This document shows, one piece after another, positions 1 through 14,604 of a stretch of DNA of 64,000 nucleotides. The stretch comes from Callorhinchus milii (Eukaryota): the NCBI RefSeq assembly GCF_018977255.1, contig NW_024704743.1, positions 94,986,001-95,050,000 of the forward strand, read 5' to 3'. The position numbers and the translations under genes were made by a program. The notes under the pieces were generated by a model, which saw nothing but the letters and a program-made list of their open reading frames with translations, did not search any database and was not told the origin of the DNA. Position 1 is the stretch's first letter. Each line of letters begins with the position of its first letter.

Positions 1-215
1 TCTGAGGGACAGGCCAGTCAGGTTACGAAGTTTGGAAACAAAGGTGAGAAGACATTGACAGGAGCCAAGGAGTAAGGATTCTGTCTTGTCACAATCAACT
101 GCAGAAAGTTGGTGCTCATTGGGCCTGAATGTTTGACAAGCAAGAGGACAGAACATCAGTGCACCTGGAAGAGGAGTAGTAGATTTGGGTGACATCCACA
201 TACATGTGGAAGAAG
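1..215 (-). mobile_element. Old L2 LINE reverse transcriptase remnant
   Basis: The minus strand near 187-211 reads FHMYVDVT, a degenerate FHMYADDTQ RT motif. It resembles the L2 piece at 49.5-50.35 kb. Confidence 0.55.
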
Positions 216-1756
216 AAAGCAAGATGATTGACTGAATACGGGACTTAACCGTTGACTGGAAAAGCACAAGAGGAAATTGTGGAGCAAAGTGTAAATTTAC
301 TGTATGTTTCCTGGGATTAGTCATGTGCTACAGTATAGAAAAATCATATTCCTATTTACAGTCCTGTACCTGCAATGCTGCTGGACCCATGCTCGAAGGC
401 AAATAATTCTATAAACAACTCATTTCTGCCAACCTTCATGCTACTTTGCTGTTGATACCCATTGACATCCACACTCATGTCAGTTTTGACTTACATTACT
501 AACTAGCACTGCAAGTGAATTGTTTACAGGTCAAAGTTGGTTACAAATTGCTGCAGCACTGTTATGTTCCTTGGGATGCCCTCCTGATCTAAAAGACACT
601 ATATAAATTAATTTGTATTGTACTGTTGACATGTTGTCCCACTGGCTATATCTTCCCTGATAGTTTAGGTTATCAAAAGGTAAGCACAATGTTTGACCTA
701 AATAGCAGGACATTTCCTGTTTGCCTTAAATAATTTGTAGCACTGCATCCACAACAGGTTCTGTGTTATGGCCAAAGACATTAGCAATAATTTTTATTAT
801 TATTAATATAATAATTTTATATAATAATAATTTTATTTTATAATAATTTTATAATAATATTATTATTAATATTAATACAATAATAATAATCATCCTTACA
901 TTTGATATAGTGCCTTATCACGCCATTGAAATGTCCTGTCAGAAGGAAGACCCAAAGCGCTTCCTAGGATTTTAGTGTAAAGTGCCGTGACTGTTTATTC
1001 ATAGGCGAAAGCAAAATTAACAAGCATTAAGGTACACTGTGGTATCTCAGTGAGATTTTGCCCCTTTACTGGAGTTGAGGAGGGAACTTCAATGGATGTT
1101 CCAAGTCACTTGTCAGACCTCCATAGAACCACTCACTCCTAACAAGAGTTAGCAAGACAATTCATCAGACTCAACCCAGAATTAGTCCCAGGACTCCTTT
1201 GACCTTTGGGTTCTTTTGTTTTCCATTTTGGTGAGAAATTGCACCATGCTGTTTTCCATTCACTGTTTTGTTAATGATTTAATGACTTGAAATGTACATT
1301 ATAAAAGACTCATAATCTGTTGGCTCATTGGTTTCTTTTATAATTTTTTTTAATCCATGTAACTTTTTAAGCTAACATTCTCCAGCGACAACGTCAAGCG
1401 CAATTTTTGCAATTAAGAAATTATTTTAATGCATGATTAATATAACAGTGCTAAATAAATACGGCTGAATAGTAAGCAATTGACAACCCATATCATTTCT
1501 TCTCCAGTGATTATTGTAATCTTTTGTTCAAAAATAATAACGTGTTTAGTGTAGGTTCATCACTATCTGTGGAACATCCTTTTGCATCTGTATCACTGAA
1601 AATGCTTTAATCACAAAGAGGTGCTGCTAAGCAACTTCAGCACATAGAATTAACCAGATAGCCAGATATTCACATCCTCTCGATATGAAAGGCGCTATAC
1701 AAATGTCATTTTGTGTTGTATATATTATTGCAACATGACATTTTTGGCCTGATTTC

Positions 1757-2303
1757 ATTCAGAACTCTGCAGCTCGTGTACTGTCCCGCACCAGGCTTCG
1801 GGACCACATCACTCCCACCCTCGCTCGCCTCCTCTGGCTCCCCATCCCCCAGAGGATTGATTTCAAGATCCTCATCCTCACCTACAAGGCCATTCACGGT
1901 CTTGCTCCCTCCTACCTCTCCGACCTACTATCCCCCTACCTACCTGCCCGTACCCTCCATTCCTCCGGCTCCGGTCTGCTCCACGTCCCCCGCCCCAATC
2001 GCCCTACCATCGGTGGTCGGGCCTTCAGCCTCTCAGCCCCTAGGCTCTGGAACTCTATCCCCCAGTGCCTTCGCGTTGCTTCCTCCCTCTCCTCCTTCAA
2101 GGCCGGTCTCAAAACCTTTCTCTTTGACCGAGCCTTCAGCTCTCCTCTCGACTCTCTTCACCCTCCTCGCACCCTCCCTTCCCTCCCCTCCCCCTGACCA
2201 TTTCCCCCCTGCTCGGGTCATGACCCAACTGTGCAGCGCCTTGGGACGTCCTCCTGACGTGAAAGGCGCTTTATAAATGGAATCTTGTTATTGTTGTTGT
2301 TGA
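1757..2303 (+). mobile_element. 5'-truncated young L2 LINE (3' end)
   Basis: Encodes the L2 ORF2 C-terminus (QNSAARVL..HITPTLARL..FKILILTYKAIHGLAPSYL). The 3' stem GGGACGTCCTCCTGACGTGAAAGGCGC is followed by a (TTG)n tail. Near-identical to 9982-10447 and 58940-59478. Confidence 0.9.
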
Positions 2304-2349
2304 TTTCTAGGCCTTTGCTCATCCAAAACTTTGAGTTATATAAATGAGG

Positions 2350-2608
2350 CCAAGCACTTCACAGAATATGCTGTAAAGTGAATTGACTGTATATTTTGCG
2401 GGTGAAACGCGGCAGCCAATTGCGCACAGCAGTGTCCCACAAGCAGTTGTGGATTGAGTGACCAAATTATTATTGTTTTTTTTCTTGAGGGATTATTATC
2501 AGATGTGGAAATTATAAGGAATTATTGCCCAAGGTTTCGCCCTGCCGGGAATCGAACCCAGGTCTCTCACTTGTGAGGCGAGTGCTCTAATCACTGAGCT
2601 ATAGGATT
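2350..2608 (-). mobile_element. tRNA-headed SINE
   Basis: The minus strand has an A-box-like TAGCTCAGTGAT and B box GGTTCGATTCCC, followed by the family body (CTTGTGGGACACTGCTGTGCGCAATTGGCTGCCGCG). Same family as 36313-36590 and 57953-58266. Confidence 0.8.
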
Positions 2609-2624
2609 AGTACAAGGTTTACAA

Positions 2625-2900
2625 TAATAATACTAATAAAAAAGAATCTTTGCATTTCATATAGTGCCTTTCATGTCAGGAGGATATCTTAAAGTGCTTC
2701 ATAGGATTTTCTATACTATGTATTTTGTAGGTGAACGTGGCAGCCAATTTGTACACAAACAGCCATGAAGTGAGTGACTAATTTTATCTGGGGGTTTGTT
2801 GACCTGGCCACTGAGCAGAAGCTCCCTTCTTTTGGAATAGTGAAATAGGATATTTAAAGTCCACTTGAACAGGACCTCGATTTAAAGTCTTATCTGTTAG
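2625..2900 (-). mobile_element. Deu-domain SINE fragment
   Basis: Reverse complement of the Deu core (GAGGTCCTG..CAAGTGGACTTTAAATATCC..CACTATTCCAAAAG) plus an L2-type tail. Confidence 0.65.
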
Positions 2901-3859
2901 GTCATTCATTATGTAGTTTCATGCACACAGATGTAACAGGAAGATAAAGGCTCCTAAAGGCTCCATATTTTACTGCATTGTTCAAGGACTTATAAGGATG
3001 AAGGCACTTTTAGATACTGGTAAGCTTCATATTATTCTGTGCCTGAGAAGGAAGCATAGGCATTTAATTGTCATTAATTACTATGTATTGATTGCTACAT
3101 GAATAATTTCAAGTTACAGCAGTCGCCAGATACATGCTTATACTGGAGAAATATTGCATTGTTTGAACTTTGCAATTATACATGTACTTGCACCAAGTCT
3201 CCTCGTTCATCATTTAAATATGCATATGGCTGCAGCCTGCTTGGCTAAAATCAGAACTGGACAAAGTCGGATCATTGTCCATAATTAACCATGTGTCTTC
3301 ATTAACGTAGCAACCCAAGCCCTGAAATTCCACCTAGTCTCAGCCTGCAGAGACTATTTAGCCTTAAAATTTAAGACTGTGCACACAGTATTGAGAAAAA
3401 TTCTTAATCGGGTTCCAAATAAAATGGTCTTAAAGGCTAAGACTATGTGAAATTTCTGGCCTACGTGCCCCAGCTTGGCAGAGTTCAAAAGTGCAACCAA
3501 CATCAATAGGGTTTAATATGTGTCGAGTTCCGCTGGGATTTCTTGATATGAAAACTGGAAGTACGCCCTGCTGCCAATGGGAACTTATTAAATGCCAATC
3601 CTGTCTTCTTGGACACAACAACGACAGCAACAAAATTACATTTGTACAGCACCTTTCACATCGCGAGGATGTCCCAAGGCGCTGGACAGTCAGTGTCAGC
3701 TATAAGCTATAAGTGTCTTCAGTCCTATAAGTGGGATATAAGGCAAGGCAGTGGGATTGAATGAACACCTTGTACTGAGAGGCAGTGCAGACTCAAGGGG
3801 CTGGTGGACTCCTTCTCTGTGTAAGCTTCTCTAAGAATAATGGTTATAAAATTTGGACG

Positions 3860-4170
3860 CAGGCACATTTTCTGCAGTGTACAAAATTCGAAAGATGGGC
3901 TCAAACCTTCAATCTAAGGACAAGAAGGCAAATAGAAAGTGAAGTAGAAATATTTTTTAAAGTAAGGTAATAGTCATGTGGACCAAACTACTGGCACAGG
4001 TGGTGGAAGAAGGAACTATAAAGGTTTTCAAAAAGGAACTAGACAAATTCCTGAAAATTTAAAGGATTCAGGGCAATTTTGTGATGAGATTGATGTGAGG
4101 AAGGAATCTTTTGAGAAGTTGGAGGGTAGGATAGATGGACCAATGATCTAGTCCTGCCTGAAGCTATTAC
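3860..4170 (+). mobile_element. Degenerate CR1 LINE 3' remnant
   Basis: Similar to the 3' end of the CR1 at 43.0-43.37 kb (GTGGTGGAAG..TTCAAAAAGGAACTAGACAAATTC..GATGGACCAATG). Confidence 0.5.
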
Positions 4171-7100
4171 AATGTACCAATTCAACAGTTGTCACAGTAC
4201 ATAGGGCACAATGTACGTGGAATACAATTAGATAGGAAACATCATGAAAAATGATTAATAATATAAAAGCTATTTGAGTGTGATTAACATATATTGGCCA
4301 GGAAAATGTTTAAAAAGAATAAAGTATGTTTTCAGCATTGACTGGCCTAAATTCAATCACATCTATGTTATTCATGAGCTATCAGAGAGGTTCACTCGAG
4401 AAAATATTTTTTATATCTTGCGCTCTCCCATACACTGTCCTCTGTTTATTACCATAATCCTGATGCTGGTAACAGAAATTGACAAAATTTATTACTAAGC
4501 AAATAAAGAGAAGAGGCATTCAAGTAAAACTGTTTTATCTGCCAGGTTCTCTCCCCATTATGTCTGGATGCACATACAGGCACATGTGTAATTTCCCACA
4601 TGGCCTTTGTGAGAGACACTAACAGTCTGATTGCAGAAAGCCACTTGTCAAGCTTAGTAGAAAGATGCTGCGTTTTAAGTTACCAATAGAATCTTTTGCT
4701 CGTCAATGACTAACACTAGCCATTTTTGCATCACTGGATTTCCCATTATAAATACTCTACTTACAAAACGATTGCTAGCATTTGAGATCAGTGACAATTT
4801 CGAGTTCACAGACAGACTGTCACAGATACAAGATCAAGGGATTGTGCGCCACTTGGTCTCCTCAAAAAGGAGCCAGAAAGCTGATGAGAGGAATTCACTT
4901 ATCAAATATTTTTCCAATTTATAAGGAAGCTCTGCGGTGTTAATACACAGAGACATAAAAGGACCACACAGATGGGTCAAAAGGAACCATTTTCAAAAGA
5001 AACCCTTTAAATGGCAATGAAATGACAGGCAGATGATGATACAGGCAGCCGGCTGGCCAGCCTAGGTAGCAATCTCTGCTTCTGTTGACTTGCCGAGCAT
5101 TTTGAACCTTCTCAGAATGTCGGTTTCAGTTTTGCTCACTTACGTTGACTTGTTAAAAACATTTACCAGGAACTACTGTCTGCTCGTTAGACAATCTAAA
5201 CCTTGATTTCAAACATGTTATAGACTGCAGTAGGCAATGAAAGCTGATGCTAGTCTAATGGTGGCTTCAGTTGTCATTCTCACACTTAAAATGAAGTCTG
5301 CTTCCAATGACTGCAGTCTTCAGCCTCTCAATCATATCAAAATCACCCTATTGTCAATTATTAAACAGGTAGCTGGTGAGAAGGCATTTTTTACAACATT
5401 CTCACCTGAATCATTGAATGTTACAGCACAGAAATGGGCTTTTTGGCTTTGCTAGTGCTTTCCCCCACGTGAGCCACCTAATCAAATCCTACACTTCTGA
5501 TTATTTGCCCTTTAACATTCCATTTTTCACTGTCTGATTCCTTTTAAAAAGAATGTATGGATTCTTCGTGAACGTAAATCATCTCACACAAGAACACAGA
5601 AGTCCACTGGAACAAAACATTTAAAGAATCCAAAAACAAATTGGCATTAAATAACCACATGTAAACATCACAATAAGCCAGAAATGTGCCCCTTATGGAA
5701 ATAATATGGAAATTCTCCACAAGTAGAAAGGTCAGTGAAGGGTTAGCAATCAGGTGGAAGGTCAGTGATATTTTACACTGATATCAGCTAAATCTTTGTG
5801 ACTAGCCAAATGCATCAGAGTCATTTACTCCTATCCTGCATATATCTAGTTTAGTTAAAAATGTTTAGTTAAAAATACAACTGGAGTTTTCAGCTTGTGC
5901 AGGAAGGTTATCAGAAAATGTTTCCTCACCTCATGTTACACTTCCAATACTTCGAACACTTATAAAAAGGGAGGAGGGAACCCTCTGATACCGCATTGAA
6001 ACCTCGGCAAACAATGTTGCATTTGAATACAGGGCCCCAAGTACGCTGACTGGGAAAATGAAGAAAAATAGGGTAATTATTAGGTTCACAAAAGGTAGTG
6101 CTACTTATCACGGCTTATTGCCTGACATTATTTCTAAGAATGTATCCTGCTTTCAGTGCACTGACAGAAATCACCTTGAAGAATTGTGCCTTCTTTACTC
6201 AACTGTACAGCTTTTCTGAATGGGGTTACAGTGGCTTGTATGGACTATGTGCCACTGCTTCCTGTGTAGCTGCAACAAAATTGCTCTCTATACATACAGA
6301 ATAATAGATGCCTGGCAGTGACATACAAGTATTGAACAAGGTGCTTTGATGGCATTATATACTACATAAAAGGAAACCTGGGTGGCTATCAAACCCAGAA
6401 ATCAATGATTTCCTTACATCTCTGCAACCAGTCGAAATGCACTGACATACTTGTGTACACTTCCACAGGTATTAGTGACAATCTAGTACCTCACCCTAGA
6501 GACCAGTGTTTAGGTGTGTTAACAAATATTGACAATCTGATCACCACGGGTTCATCACAAGCTGAGCTTCATCCTGTCCTCACTTGTGGCCCAAAATTGT
6601 CACAATCTTAGACTAAAGACCATTCCATTAGACTACAGTATAAGAGGATGCAGAATTAGGAATTTTTTTTAAATTCAGTGATAATTTTGAAGCTAGTTTC
6701 TACAGTTCATTTAGTTTAAAGTGTTTTTCAAAATAAGGATTTTGAGCCTCTATAGTTGGATCTTGGTCCTCAGGATTTTATATTACTTTGTCACCCTGAG
6801 ACTGAATAGCCTGTCCACACTCACTGTGAGGGCTCACCTGCCCACTCCCGTGCTCAGTGTCCAGCCCTGCCACTGTGAAGTCCTCTGAGACGTTATCCTG
6901 TGTATGCTATAAAAATACAAGTAATTGTATTATAAGCCACCAAAGGGTGACTGCCATGCATGGAGAAAGGGCCTTCAGGAGGGGATGGGGAGAGGAAACA
7001 AAAAATGTAATTAAAAGTATCCCAATGGCACAGTCCTCAGGATAATGTGCCTGAGGTGTGGAACTCACCATAAGTCACAGACATGTAGACAGAATCCCCA

Positions 7101-9981
7101 CTACTCTATAGCTTGGTGCTGTAATAGGTGGGGGTACTAGAGGTGGGGGTAATGCCCCACCCTCCAGTAAATTTTAGATGCATGTATGTTGCCTTTACCT
7201 CCTGCTCTGCCTCACTTCCCATCACTCTCTGTGCGTGTCTCTTACCTCCCACTCCATCTTTCTTCCTGTCGCTCTCTGCGCTGCCTACTGCCTCACACAA
7301 CCGCATGAGAGACAGAGCTGAGAACGACTGGAAGAGAGCCGGAGTGGGAGGTATGAGGCAGTATGGAGAGCGAAAGGGAGATGGTGCCATTAATGCCCTA
7401 TCACTCCCCCCACCCCTGGCTCCTCCGCTGTTAACACATCATTCATCTCATGAGTGTCCACTTCACATCTGACAAAAATGGAGTAACCTTGTGGAGACAA
7501 AGTGTGGGCACCTGAAATGCATCGTACCGTGGCAAAAGAGGAATCGACACTGTTAGGGAAGAAGGAGGCGAGGCCAGAAAATCAGGGCAAAGAATTGGCA
7601 AAGGGAAATGTCACATTATGCCTTGATTCAACAGACCGTGTGAAAGTGAACAATTCTTTTCTTCTTGTTTGAGCTGCATTGTGTTCAGTGTTTTAGGAGT
7701 AAACATTGTGGCGATTACTGAGATCTGACAGGTAGTGGGAGCTGACTGTAAATTACTCTGGACTGAGTATGTCCCCGAATATACGAGTAGTCAACTGATG
7801 GCTACAATTAAGGTAGCTTTCTCTGATTTCCTGAAGTTATGTTCAGGCACGTATGCGCAGAATGCCCAGATGTGTGCCTAATAACCCAGCAAAAGCACCA
7901 TGAAAGCAGTGAGGGGCAGAACTGCACAGATCCTTCAGCAGCCAGCCAGCCAGCATCGGTTTTCCATCAGCTTAAAAAATACCCCCCTCCCCCATTTCCT
8001 TGAGTCCTTTTCTTCTGGCCCAAATAATTAGCTATTCAACCAAACAACAGGTTGAATAGTCAACCTCAGTAAATTACTATTTGTGACAGCCCCAAGTTTG
8101 GCTAAGCAGCAGTGAACAACCGCATTGTGCATTTGCAATTGGGTTAGTCTGGAAGCATAGCATTTATGGTGCTTACTTCACGCTCCTGTAGACATGGAAT
8201 CTTTAGAAGACTAACAATCCAGTGCATCAACCATATGTGTAATGAGTTTTTTTTTAATCAAGAAGAGTGTCTCACTTCAGGAAAAAATAAAGTGTTGATT
8301 TTACTCTCCTCTGAAGTCTATTGTCTGCTGGGTGGCCCTCACAGTGAGAAACCACAGCTGCACGTTCTCTCTGCTTGCTTTCAGGGGAGAGGGTTTGTGA
8401 GCGACAGGCTGCGAGGCAAAACAGCACTCACCAGTATGTAAATAGGACAATATACTGTAATAAACTTGTATGCCATGAGCTTGATTGTGAAACTCGCTGC
8501 CTGAAGCAATGGTTGATTAGATAGTAAAGATGTATTCAAGAGGAAGGTAGACCTTCATATGAGGGAGAGGGAATACATCAACAAAAACAAAATTACATTT
8601 GTATAGCGCCTTTCACGTTGGGATGATGTCCCAAGGCGTTGAATAGAAGGGTATGGGAAGGAGTAAGAAATGGGAGACGATCTGTGTGGAGTATAAACAC
8701 CGGGATAGACTGGCTGGACCGAGTGGATTATTTTCGTGCTGTACATTCTTTGGAAATCTTTAGTATCAGTGCATCAATAGTATGATTCACTTAAGAATAC
8801 GTCACTTGTTCATCTCAACATGTATGGTATTCACACTAACAAAACCATGGATTTTAAATCTTTCAAAGTTCCCTCTCCCTTCCATCCCTCCCCCAAAGAC
8901 CATACATACTCCCATAACTCACAGCAGGTTTGATCTTTTGCTTTCCAGCTGTTAGCACTAACTTTGCCAAAAAGTCGGTGATCTTCTCACCAAAGGGCAA
9001 CAATGCTATTTTTCATTTCATTTGGCATAAAGACTGTATTTTGTGTGAATCAATCACACGTATTGTAAATGGATGCAGAGGAATTATATGTAAATTATGT
9101 TGCTGATTGTATACAAGTGATTCGAGAATATCTGATGGTTTGTGGCTTGTTTCAATGCCAAGAGTGAAGTTGAGCTGTAGAAGTTCAGCAGGTCTCAGGT
9201 TTGCTGTAACTTTACTAGAACTCTTGCCTTTGGCTCAAAAGGTTATGTCAAAGAGTTGAGTTCATAGTCCAGGCTGGCACTCCAGTACAATACTGGGGGA
9301 ATGCTGCATTGTCACAGGTGTTGTTCTTCAGATGGAACATTCAATAATAATAAAAATTCTTGCATTTAATATACCACCTTATCACATGTCTTAAAGCAAT
9401 GTATCAAAGCGCTTTTATAAAGTGTTCTGACTACATTTGTAGATCAGTTATGCCTGTTTGTTATGGTACAGACAATTACTGCCACATTTACCTGCAAAAG
9501 CTGTTACTACACCTGAGAGTACTTTCTACAAGATGTTTAAATGTAAAAAATGTGAGATCTTTGTTACTTAACTAATCTCATCTGAGTAGTCAAAGGAGGG
9601 CTACAATTGAAAAAGGAAGGGGAAAAATCAGTCGGAGTTCACTGCTGATCACTATCCATTGACAGCCTCGCCTCTCCTTGATGGAATCTGGCCTGTGGCT
9701 GATAAATGAGAATGGGGAAGGCCTTCTTTTTTGGTCAGCCAGGTAACTGATACATGCAGAAACCCATCACCATGTTTATAAGTATCCAAACCAAACTGAG
9801 AGTTCCACATAAAAATGAGACCGACACATGGACATTTGTCTGTGTCTGAAATGGAATATGAACTCTCTCGGGTGTATGCTTACCTGAGATTTCCATCAAG
9901 ATTAAATATATGCTAATGTTCACTGTGATCTATGAAGCACCCATAGTTAAATATGTCACTATCCTTTTGTTACTTTTGAGA

Positions 9982-10447
9982 TCCCATCCCCCAGAGGATC
10001 GAATTCAAGATCCTCATCCTCACCTACAAGGCTATTCACGGCCTTGCTCCCTCTTACCTCTCCGACCTACTATCCCCCTACCTACCTGCCCGTACCCTCC
10101 GTTCCTCTGGCTCCGGTCTGCTCCACATCCCCCGCCCCAACCGCCCTACCATCGGTGGTCGGGCCTTCAGCCTCTCAGCCCCCAGATTCTGGAACTCTAT
10201 CCCCCAGTGCCTTCGCCGCTTCCTCCCTTTCCTCCTTCAAGGCCGGTCTCAAGACCTTTCTCTTCAACCGTGCCTTCACCTCCCCTTTCGACTTTCTACC
10301 CCCTCCTCGCTCCCTCCCTTCCCTCCCCTCACCCTGACCATTTCCCCCCTCCTCGGGTCCCGACCCAATTGTCCAGCACCTTGGGACATCCTCCTGACGT
10401 GAAAGGTGCTCTATAAATGAAATCTTGTTGTTGTTGTTGTTGTTGTT
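9982..10447 (+). mobile_element. 5'-truncated young L2 LINE (3' end)
   Basis: Close copy of 1757-2303 with a (TTG)n tail at ~10425-10447. Confidence 0.9.
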
Positions 10448-11807
10448 GAGATTTCCCACTGTAAACAAATAATTAAAAAGATTATTAGTTTCAATATAAT
10501 ACAATTTACATTTACATTAGCAGCTTTCACATCAGGAGGACGTCCCAAATTAGTTCACACAGCTGGCTGGGCACCTGAGCTGGGAGTGGAAGGGGAGTTG
10601 ACTGAGCTGTATGGCCTCCGACTGAACCGGAAACTCTTTCCACCACCAACGAGACTCCTCCTCACTCACACGTAGCCAACTGACCAGTCACCAGCAACCT
10701 CTCTGGAGAGCGAAGTGAGGGGGAAAGAGGAGAGGACCCGATGACATTCGCTCTGTACTGGAGGAGGTGCTGATTTGGGACTGTGTGTTTATCCGGACTC
10801 AAATTAATTTTTATACGAATGGTCACAGAGAATATAATGCAATGAACCAAATTATTCAGATTTCCGGTATTCAATTAACCGATCTATATTCTTAGATTAG
10901 GCGTACACATGGTGAAATCATTTTGAATGATTTCTAAATTCTATTCAATAAACCAAACTATTCAATTATCGAATATTAAATGAACTGAATTTCACTGTTA
11001 TCATTATCATTATTATTATTATTATTAAACGACAAACCAGTCTTGCAGGCAAATGACTGGATGAACTTTCAGGCTGTATTATTCAGTGTAGAAATTAACG
11101 AACCCATTTGTGTACAATGTAGTGTACCACACACATTTCTTAATTTCATTCACTTTATTTTGACTTGCGATTTCCTTATTTATAGCATCGAAACACTTCA
11201 GGTATGAGCAGGAATATCATTTCACCAGTAGTGCATGGCAGGGCTCCAGCACTGAGACATCCACACAAGGTATCTCTGCACAATCACAACTGAAGGAGTC
11301 CGTGTCCAGCCTTCACTCTGTGGGTGAACTCCTCCAATAAACTACGTGCTTCAGTAGAATTGCATTGTCTGTCTTTTGACCATATTTGTACTGTTTTGTT
11401 TTCAAATGAGAACATTCTTGAGGCTATGAAATAGTGTCAGTTTCATACGCTGTACAAAGTGACAAGATTACAGGACTCACATACATTTTCTTCAATTACA
11501 TTTTTAAAAAAAGCCCAAGTCACTGTTTCAGCCTGACCCTTCAACTCTTCATTGGTTTGCCTCACTGTTTAGACAAGACACAGATTAAACTTGTCAGTGT
11601 GCTGAGCACTTCCCATTGTACAATTATAGATGCCATTAGTATTTTACTCAGATGATGGGGAACCCTGAGGCAATTGAACACCTAACTGTATTTATGCCGA
11701 AGTTTGAATTATCAAGAATAGTCATATCATCCCCACCCACTCCACTAAGAGTGTTTGCCTGTACTTTCTCCACATTGTGGTCTTTTAGGCACAGTATCAA
11801 AGCTTTG

Positions 11808-12215
11808 AGTCTGCCTGGTTCAGTTGGTAGCACTTTTACCTTTGAATCAGAAGGTTATGAGTTCAAGCCCCTCAGCGGCCTTAGATCCCACATGCATTGC
11901 AAGGGTGAGGTGTGTGGAGTGGGGAAGGAGGGTGTATTGTTGACGAGGCTGTCCTTTGGATGAGATGTTAAACAGAGGTCCTAACTGCCTGTTCAGGTGA
12001 ACGTTAAAGATCCTATGGTTCTGTTCGGAAAGAGAAGGGAGTTTCTCTGGGTGTTGTAGCCCACAGACCCCCACATAAAATTGGTAGTTAATTTCATAGC
12101 AGCAAATTGGCTGCAGGGTTCACCCACAAACACATAGTCACTAGACTTTACAGTAAATCATGTGAAGCGCTTTGAGACATCCCCCCGATGTTAAAGGTGC
12201 TAAATCATATATAAG
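11808..12215 (+). mobile_element. Near full-length DeuSINE (SacSINE1/AmnSINE-like architecture)
   Basis: tRNA-like head (TGGTTCAGTTGGTAGCAC..GAGTTCAAGCCC), Deu core (GGATGAGATGTTAAACAGAGGTCC..CAGGTGAACGTTAAAGATCC) and L2-type tail (GAAGCGCTTTGAGACAT..AAAGGTGCTA). Confidence 0.8.
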
Positions 12216-14604
12216 AACTATTAATATTTGTTACTATTTAATCTGCATCCAGCAGATGCTCCAATGTAATGTTATTTGATCACTATAGTCACTTTGCCCA
12301 ATCGGTGATTTGATTCAGAGGAGACTTCTGAAGCCTGAATTTCCTAATTGCTTTAAGACCTTAGTCTTAAAGTGTAAGGTTGTGCAGCATTCCGAAAATT
12401 CAGTCATAATTTGAAAAGCTCATCTCCAAAGTAAGACTGAATTTAGCTTCAACATGACTTCTGGGAATCTGAACTCAATCAATCTGGCAATATACACCAG
12501 ATGCTTGGTTGCCTTATTTATCGTTCAGTAACAATAGTGAATGCAGTGGGTGTAGCTGTAACCAGCACAGGGTTACAAATGTCAATGGAATGGAGAAATT
12601 CCAGCAGTTTTTACTGCCTCGCCCAGTATAGCACATTCACTAAGTCCATTGAATATCACTATGAAACCCAGCTCTAAGTATTTTCATGAGCTTGTAGTTT
12701 GTGTTTTGATGATCATAAATCTTACTCCCGTGTTGACAGCATTGACTGGCAGAGTTGCAGTGGTCATTCGAATCATGACAGACACATCAATGATCCCCAG
12801 GAGCTTGAATGTCTCCTTTGAACTTTGGCTTTTGTTGAGAGCGATGGCGTTCTGACTAGTGTCAGAGTTGTACCAATGTTATGGTTAGATTTTGACATTT
12901 CACGTTTGTTTTACTCTGTCTAATATAGTCAATCCTTTGAACATTTGAGTAACTCTGCGTTTCAGCATCGCTCTCAAGACTAAAAAGTTCAGGATTTATA
13001 TCCCAGTGTTTGCTTCAAACCTTCACCTTTAAGGTGGATTTAACTAATTTCACCCACAAAATAACAATACTAATATAATAATAATAATAATCCTTGCATT
13101 TGATATAGCGCTTTTCTCTGGAAAATATGCAAAATATAGTCAATTCACTCTATGTGTATTCTGTGAAGCACTTTGAGACATCTCAAAGACGTGATAAAGC
13201 GTTATATCAAATGCAAGGATTATTATTATTATTATTATAAGGTGAATAAGTTGAGCACCATTTCCATGCAACATTTTCCTGGGGAGGGAGGAAGAGAATG
13301 GGAAGCAAAGTCTCTCTGAGGCTGAACAGGCACTATGTGTGAAAACGTTGGCCAGATCCACAGTAATTCAAGGCACTATATTAACTGTTGATAACAACAA
13401 CAATAACTTGCATTCAAATAGCGCCTTTCACACGAATAGCCACTAGGAACTCTTCACAGTGGTATTGTTTGACGTTGAACTGGAAGGAGAGGGATGGTGT
13501 CTGAAGGCACAGTTGAAGAGGAAAGTCTTTAGATGTGATTGGAAGATGGGCAAAAAGGGACCAAGATGAGGGATTGAGGCTGGAGTTTCAGAGATTTGAG
13601 GCATAGTGGTTGAAAGGTAGCATTGAAACCAAAAAAACAAACTTTTTACACGTACATTGCTATTTCCCTCTTTGCAGTAAGTCAGTGTCAAAATTACTGA
13701 CAGTTCCAAGACAGGTCTTAATACAGTATACGTAATATAGCCTTTTCTTCCTGAAGGATCTTTATGCTACCTTGGTTAGTCAGGATTATAAAGTACTTTC
13801 CATGTGCTGACACTCAGTTTTATAGGGAAGTGTGGGCCTCATAATTACATCAATTTAACATCATGTAGATCATGATGAACGACATGAATGTGCAGCTTGA
13901 AAACCCACAGTTTGATGGTCATTCACCAGAGACTCCTTAGAAAAATTGGTTTACCTATTCATAAAATCATGGTAAATCTTTAATACTGTATTACAACATA
14001 GTAATATCTGAAGACAAACACACAGAGGCTGCAGACTTGCAATTAAGTGAAAATTGACCCAGGTAAAGGCAAATAGAGGAAATATAAGGCATTTGTAAAT
14101 AAATTGTCAAAGCTAAACAGGAAAAATGAAAGAATATAATATGGCTATAACTAGGCGGATACAGAATGCAGATCTTGTTGCCTCCACAGTACACTATTCT
14201 GAGATGGACCGACTAAAAGACAAATATCAAAAGCAAGTCACAATCTGTCAAACAGATGAGAAAGATGACTTTTCAGTATGAAATGTGCCTCATTTCATAC
14301 TGAAACTAGAATTTAAATGGGAAGTGTATGCCAATATAGCAGCCTGATTCGGTTGGGTGCACCCATGCTTGGATCAACAGGATATGGGTTCAAGCCCCAA
14401 GTAAGGACTTTGAGCTCACGGCTAGGACTCATAATCTAGTGCAATACTGGGGGGAATTCTACACTACGTTACTTAGTGTAAGCACCCATTAAAGCAATCT
14501 ACACTACAACTACTGTACTTCAATATACTTGACCGCAGTCCCCTTTGAAGTGCCCTAAGGTGTTTCAATGTGCTAGGCACTATATTATACACAAGATGAT
14601 TGTA

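Noticed and set aside
1713..2276. Pro/Ser-rich 170-190-aa ORFs (also 9910-10416 and 58957-59475)
   Set aside because: Off-frame readings of C-rich L2 3' ends.
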